This document shows, one piece after another, positions 10,927 through 19,384 of a DNA stretch of 64,000 bases. Below the pieces are notes generated by a model that did no database searches, was not told the DNA's origin, and worked only from the letters and a program-made list of their open reading frames with translations. The position numbers were made by a program, and so were the translations under genes. The stretch's first letter is position 1, and every line of letters starts with the position of its first letter. This DNA is from an uncultured Methanosarcinales archaeon (GTDB lineage: Archaea > Nanobdellota > Nanobdellia > Woesearchaeales > GW2011-AR9), in the NCBI GenBank assembly GCA_964460605.1, contig CAYWPT010000001.1, forward strand, positions 33,548 through 97,547, read 5' to 3'.

Positions 10927-11286
10927 TTACTTATTGGAGTTTTGATCAAAATGCATTATTGCTTCTGCTAAATCACCGTTATGTTCCTCGATAGCGGTTT
11001 TAGCTTCTTCTTCGGAAATGTTTGCTTGTTCCATAACAGTTTGCACATCATCTGCTGAGATTTCAGGCCTAGTATCTAATGATCTCTCTTGAGCTTCTCC
11101 TACAATTTGGTAGGTATGTTGACCCATCATATTTACTTTAGAGACTTGAGGGTTTAAAATCACTAATTCTTTGTCTGCAGTCCTAATGATTACTTCAGTA
11201 GCAGGGATTTCTACTTGTTTGATACCCATCTGTTTCATCATTTGTTGAACTTTCTTTTGACTCATTCCTGGAAACATTTTTTTCAC
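10927..11286 (-). CDS. nac: Nascent polypeptide-associated complex protein (aeNAC)
   Basis: MMKQMGI, EVIIR, TYQIVGE and C-terminal UBA-like GDLAEAIM. Confidence 0.95.
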   Translation of the reverse strand: MKKMFPGMSQKKVQQMMKQMGIKQVEIPATEVIIRTADKELVILNPQVSKVNMMGQHTYQIVGEAQERSLDTRPEISADDVQTVMEQANISEEEAKTAIEEHNGDLAEAIMHFDQNSNK

Positions 11287-11460
11287 CTACTGAAGAAAAG
11301 ACCCACCAATGTAATGAAGTAAAATGACTACTACCCCAACAACAATACAAAGAATAACCACAGTATTTGGTGAGAATTTAACCTTTGATACTGAATCTTC
11401 AAAATATCTTGTAAGTCCACCTTGCCCTGAAGGCATGTGAATTCTGTTATCTTTTGCCAT
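11287..11460 (-). CDS. secG: Preprotein translocase subunit Sec61beta / SecG (57 aa, not in ORF track)
   Basis: Hand translation MAKDNRIHMPSGQGGLTRYFEDSVSKVKFSPNTVVILCIVVGVVVILLHYIGGSFLQ; GGLxRYF...SP plus TM signature. Confidence 0.93.
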   Translation of the reverse strand: MAKDNRIHMPSGQGGLTRYFEDSVSKVKFSPNTVVILCIVVGVVVILLHYIGGSFLQ

Positions 11461-11533
11461 AATTGCTTAAATTAGTATTCTGTTTATATAACTTTTGGAG
11501 CCTAAAGTTTAAAAATGGGCTTGATTATAAGAT

Positions 11534-11912
11534 AGTGTTAGTGGTAGTAGGGAGCTCACGGGCATTTATGTCTGAGGAAAGTCCACCCACCGCGAAAAGT
11601 GACTTTGTGTAAGCAAAGGGAGAGAAATCTCTGGCTCTGGCGAAGAAACGACACGTCCTTTGAAATGGTACTTAGAAATCTATGATCTCTTGTACCCTAG
11701 AAATTTTTAATTTCTAGAGGAATGATAATAATGGCGAAGCTTTTTTCAATGAAAAGCAAGTTAAATTTTTGACGTCTTCAAAGGGATCGATGAAACGGCG
11801 AAACCTCACTGGTGCAAGTCATTGTGACGCATAGTAGAATGCTTCCACAGCTTATCGACAAGTTTTACTTGTTTTGGAGCTGACAGAAGGTGGCTTATGC
11901 TGCCCTAACACT
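11534..11912 (+). ncRNA. rnpB: Archaeal RNase P RNA
   Basis: GAGGAAAGTCC (CR I), GAAACG, GTGCAAG, ACAGAAGGTGGCTTA (CR V); terminal P1 pairing agtgttag..ggtagta with tgctgcc..ctaacact. Confidence 0.93.
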
Positions 11913-11914
11913 TT

Positions 11915-12586
11915 TTACTTCAATAATCGCAACATTTCTTTTTTGTGCCCTGCACCAACTACAGCCAAGATTGATTCCTCGGGATATTTCTCTCTTAAAG
12001 CTTTCAATTTCTTCACCATATAGACATTTCTATCAGCGATTATCGTCTTATAAATTGATGGATACCTTTTTTCAACATGTTCAATCATTTTGTCAATAAG
12101 TTCATCTTCAGGAACTTTGCTTAAGTCAAAATTCATGTCAAAACCAAGATCACTGACGACTTTTTTACGTCTAAAAACACCATTGAAAATATCAACTACA
12201 AATCTCCATCTCTCTGTCCAAGTTAAACGTTTAGAAAAGTTACGCAAAGTGATTTCAATAGGTTGATCAATGAGCATTATCTTTAATTTGTGTTTATGAG
12301 CAGTAGCTAAAGCCATTTTCATCTCTGAGCCAGGTTTTACACCAACCATCTCGCCGAGTTTCTCTTGTACATACTGTCCAATTTTAGCAAAAATAAATCC
12401 TTTAAGTCCAATGTAACGAATCTCACGCAAGCCAATCTTTCTTTTTTGTTTAGAAGTTAAAGCTCGAGCCCTATTCATATCTAGCTCTACCGCTACAATA
12501 TCTGGTAAATTCTCTTCTATTTCTCGTTTTATCTTACGAACGCTCTCTTTACTGATGTGGGATGTTCCAAGGATTTTTATGATCAT
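11915..12586 (-). CDS. TraB/PrgY-domain protein
   Basis: ILGTSHIS, VAVELD, GSEM, IIADRN, VVGAGH. Confidence 0.92.
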   Translation of the reverse strand: MIIKILGTSHISKESVRKIKREIEENLPDIVAVELDMNRARALTSKQKRKIGLREIRYIGLKGFIFAKIGQYVQEKLGEMVGVKPGSEMKMALATAHKHKLKIMLIDQPIEITLRNFSKRLTWTERWRFVVDIFNGVFRRKKVVSDLGFDMNFDLSKVPEDELIDKMIEHVEKRYPSIYKTIIADRNVYMVKKLKALREKYPEESILAVVGAGHKKEMLRLLK

Positions 12587-12654
12587 TTGAGCTTAAATCA
12601 TGGAAAACTATATAAAGCTACTTCCCTTTTCTTTTTGCTGGTGAGGTGGAGTAT

Positions 12655-12927
12655 ATGCTAAAAATGAAAAAAATATCCCATACCTATGACTTAAAAGTCT
12701 TTACAGATAATGGGGAATATTTCGGTGACATAGAGGATAGTATCATCCAAGGAAACAGAGTGTTTGGTTGGAAAATTAAATCTACTAAAAACTCATTCTT
12801 AAGCAAAATTTTAGGAAATGCAAAAGGAGTGATTGTCCCACATCAATTAGTGAAAGCTGTTGGTGATATCTTAATTATTTCAAAAACAGCAATTCCAACA
12901 GGAAATAGAGATGCTGGTGAGGAATAA
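12655..12927 (+). CDS. PRC-barrel domain protein (CdpB-like archaeal cell-division protein)
   Basis: VFTDNGEYFGDIED...VIVPHQLVKAVGDILII; GAGGTG ribosome-binding site before ATG 12655. Confidence 0.85.
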   Translation: MLKMKKISHTYDLKVFTDNGEYFGDIEDSIIQGNRVFGWKIKSTKNSFLSKILGNAKGVIVPHQLVKAVGDILIISKTAIPTGNRDAGEE

Positions 12928-13023
12928 GAAAAAATGAAATTTTGCTATGAAAAGTGTTATAAAGATTTGTTGCAGTTTAATATGCTACAAGGCAACATTG
13001 GTGAAGAAGAATTACCTTTTCGT

Positions 13024-13443
13024 TTAGCTGCCTAGATTTTTTTTAAACATCTTTATTTCTTTTTTTGAATTAAAATGAAGAACATGTTTCTGATTTTCAC
13101 TTACAATATAAGCACCAAGTAAATGATGATCAAAAGAACTTTTCTTGACATCCTTTAAATAAACTTTTTCTTTTTTAACTTTACCATTAAGATTTTTGTG
13201 TATATGTAAATGGCTACCCTTGATGTGATAAGCTTCTTCAAATATAAATATCTTTTCGACAAATGCTCTTACAATCAAATACAAAGCCAAGAAACTTAAA
13301 ACAACAAGAAGTGCAGGGAATACTTCTCTTTGAAAATATAAAAGCATTAGAAAGAAGATTAATAGTGATAATAATAAAACAATATATTCCTCTAAAATTC
13401 TCATTGGATTATCTTTGTGAGATATCTTCCAGGAATAAGCCAT
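13024..13443 (-). CDS. Hypothetical membrane protein (2 TM plus soluble beta-rich domain)
   Basis: Two N-terminal hydrophobic helices. Confidence 0.6.
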   Translation of the reverse strand: MAYSWKISHKDNPMRILEEYIVLLLSLLIFFLMLLYFQREVFPALLVVLSFLALYLIVRAFVEKIFIFEEAYHIKGSHLHIHKNLNGKVKKEKVYLKDVKKSSFDHHLLGAYIVSENQKHVLHFNSKKEIKMFKKNLGS

Positions 13444-13447
13444 TCGC

Positions 13448-13843
13448 TTACCTCCTAACTACTCTAATTGGTGCTTTAGCCATACTAATTAAAGCCGCAA
13501 AGAACATTAACAAGAATGCCAGTAAGAATGCCATCCCAAATTTAAGACTTTGAGGGAACACCCAATAAATAGTAATCAAAAGTCCAAGAATTGCAGTTAA
13601 CATGAAGCTAGTTGGTAATTGTACTGCTTGCCAATCTGTAAATACTTTTCTTGTATCTCTTCTTTGACGATGGGCTGCTTTTTTCAAACTGCTTTTCCTT
13701 CTTGTAGCTTTTCTCTTAATCAGAGATTTTCTTTTAGCAGTTTTCTTCTTGGCAACTTTTCTTTTAGAAGAAGATTTTCTTTTAGTTGTCCTTTTTTTAG
13801 AAGCACTTTTTCTACTAAATTTCTTAGCTTTACGTTTAGCCAT
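13448..13843 (-). CDS. Lys/Arg-rich (H1-like) N-terminus plus 2-TM membrane protein
   Basis: About 65 aa of K/R/S/A low complexity, then two TM helices. Confidence 0.7.
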   Translation of the reverse strand: MAKRKAKKFSRKSASKKRTTKRKSSSKRKVAKKKTAKRKSLIKRKATRRKSSLKKAAHRQRRDTRKVFTDWQAVQLPTSFMLTAILGLLITIYWVFPQSLKFGMAFLLAFLLMFFAALISMAKAPIRVVRR

Positions 13844-13866
13844 TTTATACCTTTATTTTTAAAATA

Positions 13867-13896
13867 GGCACTGAAAATCTTTGATTTTCATTAGCC
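13867..13896. repeat. Palindromic ~30-bp element
   Basis: ggcactgaaaatc-ttt-gattttcattagcc, between trpS and the next gene. Confidence 0.75.
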
Positions 13897-13915
13897 ATAC
13901 TGGAATGATTATTTT

Positions 13916-15019
13916 TCAGTATAAAAACTTATCGACTTGTTTAGCTGCTTTTGCACGTTTCTTTTGGTGCTGATCCAAAAATGTGTTTATTTGTTCAATA
14001 AGAATAGCTTTTAATTCACCAGACAATAACTTTCCTTTTTTGTAATCATCATGAATATTTTTTAACTTTTTATCATCTTCTTCAAAATAACGTAACCATT
14101 GGTAAGCAATATCAATATCTGGGTTTCCTCCTTTCTTTCTATGTTCTTCTACAGTTACTTGTCCACCGGAGAAAGCATACTTATTGATTTTCTTTTTCAC
14201 AGTTTTAGCATTATCTGTTGTTAAGATTGCTTGATGCGCAGTGCTTGAGCTCATTTTTCCTTTCATACCAACTAAAGGTGGCATAAATTTAGAATGTAAA
14301 ATCGCAGGTTTATGGTGACCTAATTTTTCAATAACATCTCTACTAATTCTAAAGTGCGGATCTTGATCTACTCCAAGTGGGATTAAACAAGGTTGTTTTT
14401 TCCCTGAGATTACATTTGGTAAAAATGCAGGAACTGTTTGCATTGCAGTATAAAAAATACTTCCAATGTTATTTGAATCTTTAAAACCAAAAGCTGATTT
14501 AACTGTTGAAAAAGTGATTTTTTTTGCGACCTTAATAGCTTCAGGATAAAGTAAATTTGCATGCTTAGTATCTACAATAAAATGTGTTTTTTTAGGGTTA
14601 AAACCTAGAGCGATTACATCAAGCATATTTTCGTGTAACCATTTTTGAATCTCACCATAAGACTTATTTTTGAATAAGAATTTTTCATCATCAGTAAATT
14701 GGAACCATACATCTACGTCAAACTTTTCTTGAAGCCATTGAGTAAATCTCCAAGTTCCGATATGCCCAAGATGAATTGGTCCTGAAGGTCCACAACCAGT
14801 GTATAGAAAGAATTTGTTGCCTTTTTCATATTCATCTAAAAGCCATTTAATGTCTCTATGTGCAAAAAAAATACCTCGTCTGAGATAAGGGTGTACTTCA
14901 CCTGCAATCTTCTTTATTCTCTTTAAATCAGAAGGAGTGAGTTTTTTTATTCCGAAGTCTTTTATGAGCTTATCATAATCAACATTCCCTTCAACCTCAT
15001 AAGGATTCACCTTTGCCAC
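13916..15019 (-). CDS. trpS: Tryptophan--tRNA ligase (archaeal type)
   Basis: YTGCGPSGPIHLGH, GVDQDPHFR, KMSSS, AFSGGQ. Confidence 0.97.
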   Translation of the reverse strand: MAKVNPYEVEGNVDYDKLIKDFGIKKLTPSDLKRIKKIAGEVHPYLRRGIFFAHRDIKWLLDEYEKGNKFFLYTGCGPSGPIHLGHIGTWRFTQWLQEKFDVDVWFQFTDDEKFLFKNKSYGEIQKWLHENMLDVIALGFNPKKTHFIVDTKHANLLYPEAIKVAKKITFSTVKSAFGFKDSNNIGSIFYTAMQTVPAFLPNVISGKKQPCLIPLGVDQDPHFRISRDVIEKLGHHKPAILHSKFMPPLVGMKGKMSSSTAHQAILTTDNAKTVKKKINKYAFSGGQVTVEEHRKKGGNPDIDIAYQWLRYFEEDDKKLKNIHDDYKKGKLLSGELKAILIEQINTFLDQHQKKRAKAAKQVDKFLY

Positions 15020-15156
15020 AGTAATACTTATAAAATGACCTTTATATTTCTATCGATATTGAGCAAAATCAGGAGTGGAGAGGGGGTTTAAGCCCTATCA
15101 CTAATTAGTAACAAAAGGGAGAGAGGATTTATAAATAGGTGTTATATTGAGATACT

Positions 15157-16293
15157 ATGGTAGCTAGAGAGGTAAATAGTGGTACAAATTCTAACAGATC
15201 ATTGGATTCAGTTACAAAAGGCCCATACAAAGTAATGCATTATTCAGACACACATAATGTAAATAGAATTAAAGAAGCTGTAGGCACAGCCCTAGCATAT
15301 AATAAACAAGAAGGTTTAGATGCATTTTTCCATACAGGCGATTTTATAGAGGGAACTGTTGGTGAAGGTGGCCTAGTTGACAGAGTTTTATCAAATACAA
15401 TTAAAGATAATATCAAAAGTGCAGCAGTTGAACTTTCTCAAAGCTATGATGGGGCTGAGACAGAAGATATAATGAAAGCTGCTCAAAAATATGGGTTAGC
15501 AAAAACTGCAGAAGAATTGGACATCACAAAAATAGTTAATGAAATTAAAGCTGAATATCATGATAATGCTAAAGAACTAAATAAATTAGTAAAAGAAGGG
15601 GTAAAAGTATGTGTAACTTTAGGAAACCATGATTTTAAACTAGCAGTAGATATTTTTTCTCAATACGGTATTGAAGTTGTAGATTATAATAAAGGAACAA
15701 AATTAGGAGATTTAACAATTAAGGGCGTTACTAATACTTATGAAATGCCAGCACTACAACAAATTATGCGTGGTGCTATGGAAATACAAAAAACATATGA
15801 AGACACATATAAAGACATTTTTATTAATTATAATGCAGGACACAGTCTAAGCGAATTGAAAGAAAATGCTAAAAAAGGAGAAAAAAGTCCAGATTTAGAA
15901 ACTATGATTGCAGAACTTGAAGTAAATGAAACTAAAGAGAGAGAACGTCTTGGAGAATTAAATGCAGATATCTTACTAACTCATAAACTTCCAAAAAATC
16001 AACACGGAACAAATGATATTGTAAAAAATATTGAAGCAAGAACCATTCTTGGCGGACATATTCATCAACCTGAAAGATATAAAAATAAAAAAGACCCTAG
16101 TATTGTTGAATTAAATCCCGGAAACACAGGCGGGTATCTTTTAGAGATTGATGCTAAAACAGGTCATGTAAATCAAGATAAAATTGGATACATTCCTTTC
16201 CAAGATTATGCAAAAGAAATGAAAAAAGAACAAGCAGCAAATAATAATAACAATTATGCTAAGGAAAAAAAAGTAACTAAAAAAGAAGCATAG
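15157..16293 (+). CDS. Calcineurin-like metallophosphoesterase
   Basis: SDTH, TGDF, GNHD, THK and GHIH motifs. Confidence 0.85.
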   Translation: MVAREVNSGTNSNRSLDSVTKGPYKVMHYSDTHNVNRIKEAVGTALAYNKQEGLDAFFHTGDFIEGTVGEGGLVDRVLSNTIKDNIKSAAVELSQSYDGAETEDIMKAAQKYGLAKTAEELDITKIVNEIKAEYHDNAKELNKLVKEGVKVCVTLGNHDFKLAVDIFSQYGIEVVDYNKGTKLGDLTIKGVTNTYEMPALQQIMRGAMEIQKTYEDTYKDIFINYNAGHSLSELKENAKKGEKSPDLETMIAELEVNETKERERLGELNADILLTHKLPKNQHGTNDIVKNIEARTILGGHIHQPERYKNKKDPSIVELNPGNTGGYLLEIDAKTGHVNQDKIGYIPFQDYAKEMKKEQAANNNNNYAKEKKVTKKEA

Positions 16294-17409
16294 CTAAAGA
16301 TCAATAGTAATCTTTTTACTCTTCAAATCAATACCCTTAATTTTACTTTCTTTTTTCAATTCTGTCTTAATCTCTTGCCATTCTTTACTTTTACGCATCT
16401 TTTTAACTATATCTAATAATTGTTGAAGCTGAGCATAGTTCTCATATACTTTTTCTCCTTTTTCTGTATTAAGTTTAATCTTATCTTCAATCAATTGGAT
16501 GGATTCCTTTTGTTGTTCAATAATTTTCTTAGCATTGGCTATTTTCTGATCATAAGGGGATTGTTTTTCAAAAGGATCAACAGTATCTAAAGCATCATTG
16601 TAAGTCTCACACATCTGGTTTACTTCTTTTCCCTCTAATAAAACAGGGGACATACTCTCATCACTAAAAATGAAACCTTTAGTACCACTTAGAGATTTTA
16701 CTAATTCGTGCAATGATTCGTGTAATGCTTTAATCTCTTTTTCTTGCACTTCAGCTATCTCTTTTTTGGGGTAGACATCAGCTTTTGCGCAAATTTGTTC
16801 AGCGAAGATCCCACCTAAACTCAATTCAGTTGCAAGACATGTAGCTAAATTTCTCTTCTCACTTTTAGTAATAATTTCTTTTAATTGTTCCAAGCTTGTC
16901 TCTTTCCAATTAAATCCTGCAGGTGGCAATTCATATTTTTCCCTAGCTTTAATAGTTCTAGATTCCCAAATTTGATTGCCTAAGGTCCCAATAATTTCCC
17001 AATCACCATCTGTAATCAACAAATTCCCTTTTGAAAAAAATTCTACAACTAAATTATAAATTCTAACATGCCGTATATTATTTTCATAATAAGCAGTCTC
17101 TAAAACAAAATACATAATTCTTTCTGAATCAATTTGTTTGATTTCTCGAATAAATGCCCCATTGAGATATTTTCTCAGTTGCATACAAAAACCACTTGGT
17201 CTAAGCACTGATTTTTTATCTTTTGTAATATTAAGAAATTTTCCAGGAATAATTCTCAAAAGTCCCTTGCCTTTTCCTCTAGCATAGTACTGGATAATTA
17301 ACTCACCCTTATCTGGATGATAAATTTGTGAGATTTTCCCATCTACTAAGAATTGTAACTCGTTTACTAGTGCTGCGAGTTCTACAGAAGAGATTGCTTT
17401 TTTTGCCAT
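16294..17409 (-). CDS. NFACT-N / Rqc2 (aRqcH, FbpA-like) protein, short form
   Basis: FCMQLRKYL, QIDSERI, VEFFSKGNLLITD, LGGIFAEQIC. Confidence 0.85.
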   Translation of the reverse strand: MAKKAISSVELAALVNELQFLVDGKISQIYHPDKGELIIQYYARGKGKGLLRIIPGKFLNITKDKKSVLRPSGFCMQLRKYLNGAFIREIKQIDSERIMYFVLETAYYENNIRHVRIYNLVVEFFSKGNLLITDGDWEIIGTLGNQIWESRTIKAREKYELPPAGFNWKETSLEQLKEIITKSEKRNLATCLATELSLGGIFAEQICAKADVYPKKEIAEVQEKEIKALHESLHELVKSLSGTKGFIFSDESMSPVLLEGKEVNQMCETYNDALDTVDPFEKQSPYDQKIANAKKIIEQQKESIQLIEDKIKLNTEKGEKVYENYAQLQQLLDIVKKMRKSKEWQEIKTELKKESKIKGIDLKSKKITIDL

Positions 17410-17455
17410 ATTCTAAAGAGTATGTATGTATTTAATAAACTTATCAGAAAATAAG

Positions 17456-17527
17456 AGCGCCTACCCGGATTCGAACCGGGGATACCCGCTTTGCAGGCGG
17501 GTGCCTTAACCACTTGACTATAGACGC
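17456..17527 (-). tRNA. tRNA-Cys(GCA)
   Basis: GCGTCTA/TAGGCGC acceptor, anticodon arm CCCGC-CTGCAAA-GCGGG, GGTTCGAATCC, U73. Confidence 0.96.
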
Positions 17528-18192
17528 AGATAATAAAGCCTCTCTGGAAGAGATGTTCTAGGCATATAATATCCTAATTTCTTCCATAACAGATATTTAG
17601 TTCTGTTCTTAAGACTACTAAAGCCTATTTCTTTAATCCACTTATTTAAACTTTTCTCGCCACTCATGTAAATTACCAAAGAACCCCTATTTTTACGAGC
17701 ATGCACATTAAAACCATTTTTCTTAAGAATACTTACTAATTGTTGAGCTAAAGACTCACTAACAGTAGAGAATTCAAGTCTTGGATATGAGGGATATTTA
17801 ATATTTTTTTATTTTGAAAAATAAAGACTTCCATCAGTTTCAAAAATACCCCTAATAATATGTTTACTCTTTTCCCAATCTGTTAACTCATCTTTAATAT
17901 AAGTGTTATAAGTTTTATTTCTTTTTATCCCATACCCCTTAAGAGATTTGACTAATTCTTTATTGTATACTTTAAGTTTAATAGAATTGCCACTTTTATC
18001 TTTTCTAACAAAAATCCTTGGCTTGATATTAAACTCCTTTTCCATAAAATCTCCAAGTCTATCATAATAATCTGTTTCTTCTATATAATTTCCAGTGATT
18101 TCTATGCCATAAATTCCATGTTTGGGATAATCTAACAAATAGCCATCACCCATCATCACTCCTATGAATTCATATAAGTTAATTTCAGACAT
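17518..18192 (-). pseudogene. Double-motif LAGLIDADG homing endonuclease with one in-frame TAA (17809-17811)
   Basis: Motifs FIGVMMGDG and IIRGIFETDGSL; the same frame continues after the TAA (KNIKYPSYPRLEFSTVSESLAQQL...) into ORF 17518-17706. Confidence 0.85.
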
Positions 18193-18268
18193 ATTTAATC
18201 ATAAAAATAGAAGTTAATAAACTCTGTCCGCACCTGTCCAGTAGACCAGTTAGATTAAAAGAAAAAAG

Positions 18269-18381
18269 TGAGCCTAGTGGGATTCGAACCCACGGTCCCC
18301 GGCTCGCTTCGTAAGAAGTGTCCAGAAGGAACACTTCTCGTATAGAAGGCCGGTGCCCTATCCAGACTAGGCTATAGGCTC
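18269..18381 (-). tRNA. tRNA-Arg(TCT) with 38-nt canonical intron (37/38) at 18305-18342
   Basis: GAGCCTA/TAGGCTC acceptor; CCGGC-CTTCTA[intron]A-GCCGG; BHB with central helix CTTC/GAAG. Confidence 0.93.
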
Positions 18382-18430
18382 GTGTAGTGAACTCAAACTA
18401 GAATTGACTTTTAAACGTTTCTATATAAAT

Positions 18431-19353
18431 GGTCTGTCCAGAAAGGAATAAAAGTGTATACTGACTTTCGTCAGTTATGACACAAACAAAAATACAGCAT
18501 ACACCAAAGCATAGCTTTCTGACTGAATTAATAAATCTTTACCATGAAATGGACTTCCCATTACATGACAACGACCTCGGTCCCAGAATTTACTCAGAGT
18601 TTCATAAATTCTCATTGGTCGTCTTGTTCAGACGATCAAAGAAAGTTCTGCGTGATTTTATCGCAGAGCTTTATGAGACAAAATGGCCTTCTTGGCTTGA
18701 TTTACGCCAAATTCCAAGTAAAAGTGTTCTTCATAACTGGTGCAAAAAGTACACTGTTGAGTTCTTGCGTGAGCTCAACAGAACTTTTCTTTTAAAAAAA
18801 AAAGTCCAAAATTAATGGCAATTGATGCTACAGGAGTAGATGCACATATACGAAGTAGGCATTATGAGAAGAGAATCAAAGAAAAAGCCAAATTCAACAA
18901 ATTGACCATTTTTATTGATGTAGAAAATATGCTCATTTATGATCATGTCTTGCAAATGATACCAAGACATGATGTTAAAGCTACGGAGACAATATTCCGT
19001 AGAACACACCTTCGTAAGATAAAATCTCTGGGTGATAAAGGATATGATAGTGAGCCACTTCATGAAGTGGCTCTAAGTAGGCAGAATACTTTGTTTGCAC
19101 CAGTTAGAAAAAGCTCACGAGCTAACCCAAAAGGTTGGAATAGAAGAAGATGTGCTCAAGGAGATGAGGATTATAACAAAAGAGCACATGTGGAAAGCTG
19201 TATCCACAGCTTAAAGAGAAGGAGAATACCAATTCTACGTAGTAAGCTCCACTATATGAAGAAAAGAGAAATGGCTCTTCAGATACTCATTCACAATATT
19301 GAGAAAATGAAGAACATACTGAGAATGATGTTCTACATCATTCTGGACAGACC
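18431..19353 (+). mobile_element. IS5-like insertion sequence (923 bp)
   Basis: Perfect 13-bp terminal inverted repeats GGTCTGTCCAGAA (18431-18443) and TTCTGGACAGACC (19341-19353) flank a DDE transposase; no clear target duplication. Confidence 0.88.
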
Positions 19354-19384
19354 ACAAAAAAATAGCCTTAACTATTATTTATAG
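18477..19384 (+). CDS. DDE transposase (IS5/DDE_Tnp_1-like), split into two ORFs by a -1 frame change at an A10 run
   Basis: ORF1 with IPSKSVLHNW HTH; ORF2 with AIDATG, GDKGYDSE and YNKRAHVESCIHSLKR; A10 at 18794-18803. Confidence 0.85.

Noticed and set aside
12982..13035. Micro-ORF ends in LAA like a tmRNA tag
   Set aside because: No tRNA-like domain or pseudoknots nearby and archaea lack tmRNA; a three-residue match is weak
13705..13735. gaaaatctctgatt (minus strand) in the basic protein as an in-frame palindromic element
   Set aside because: Only a 4-bp stem within low-complexity Lys/Arg codons
18421..19363. Target-site duplication of the IS
   Set aside because: Flanks ctatataaat and acaaaaaaat do not form a convincing direct repeat
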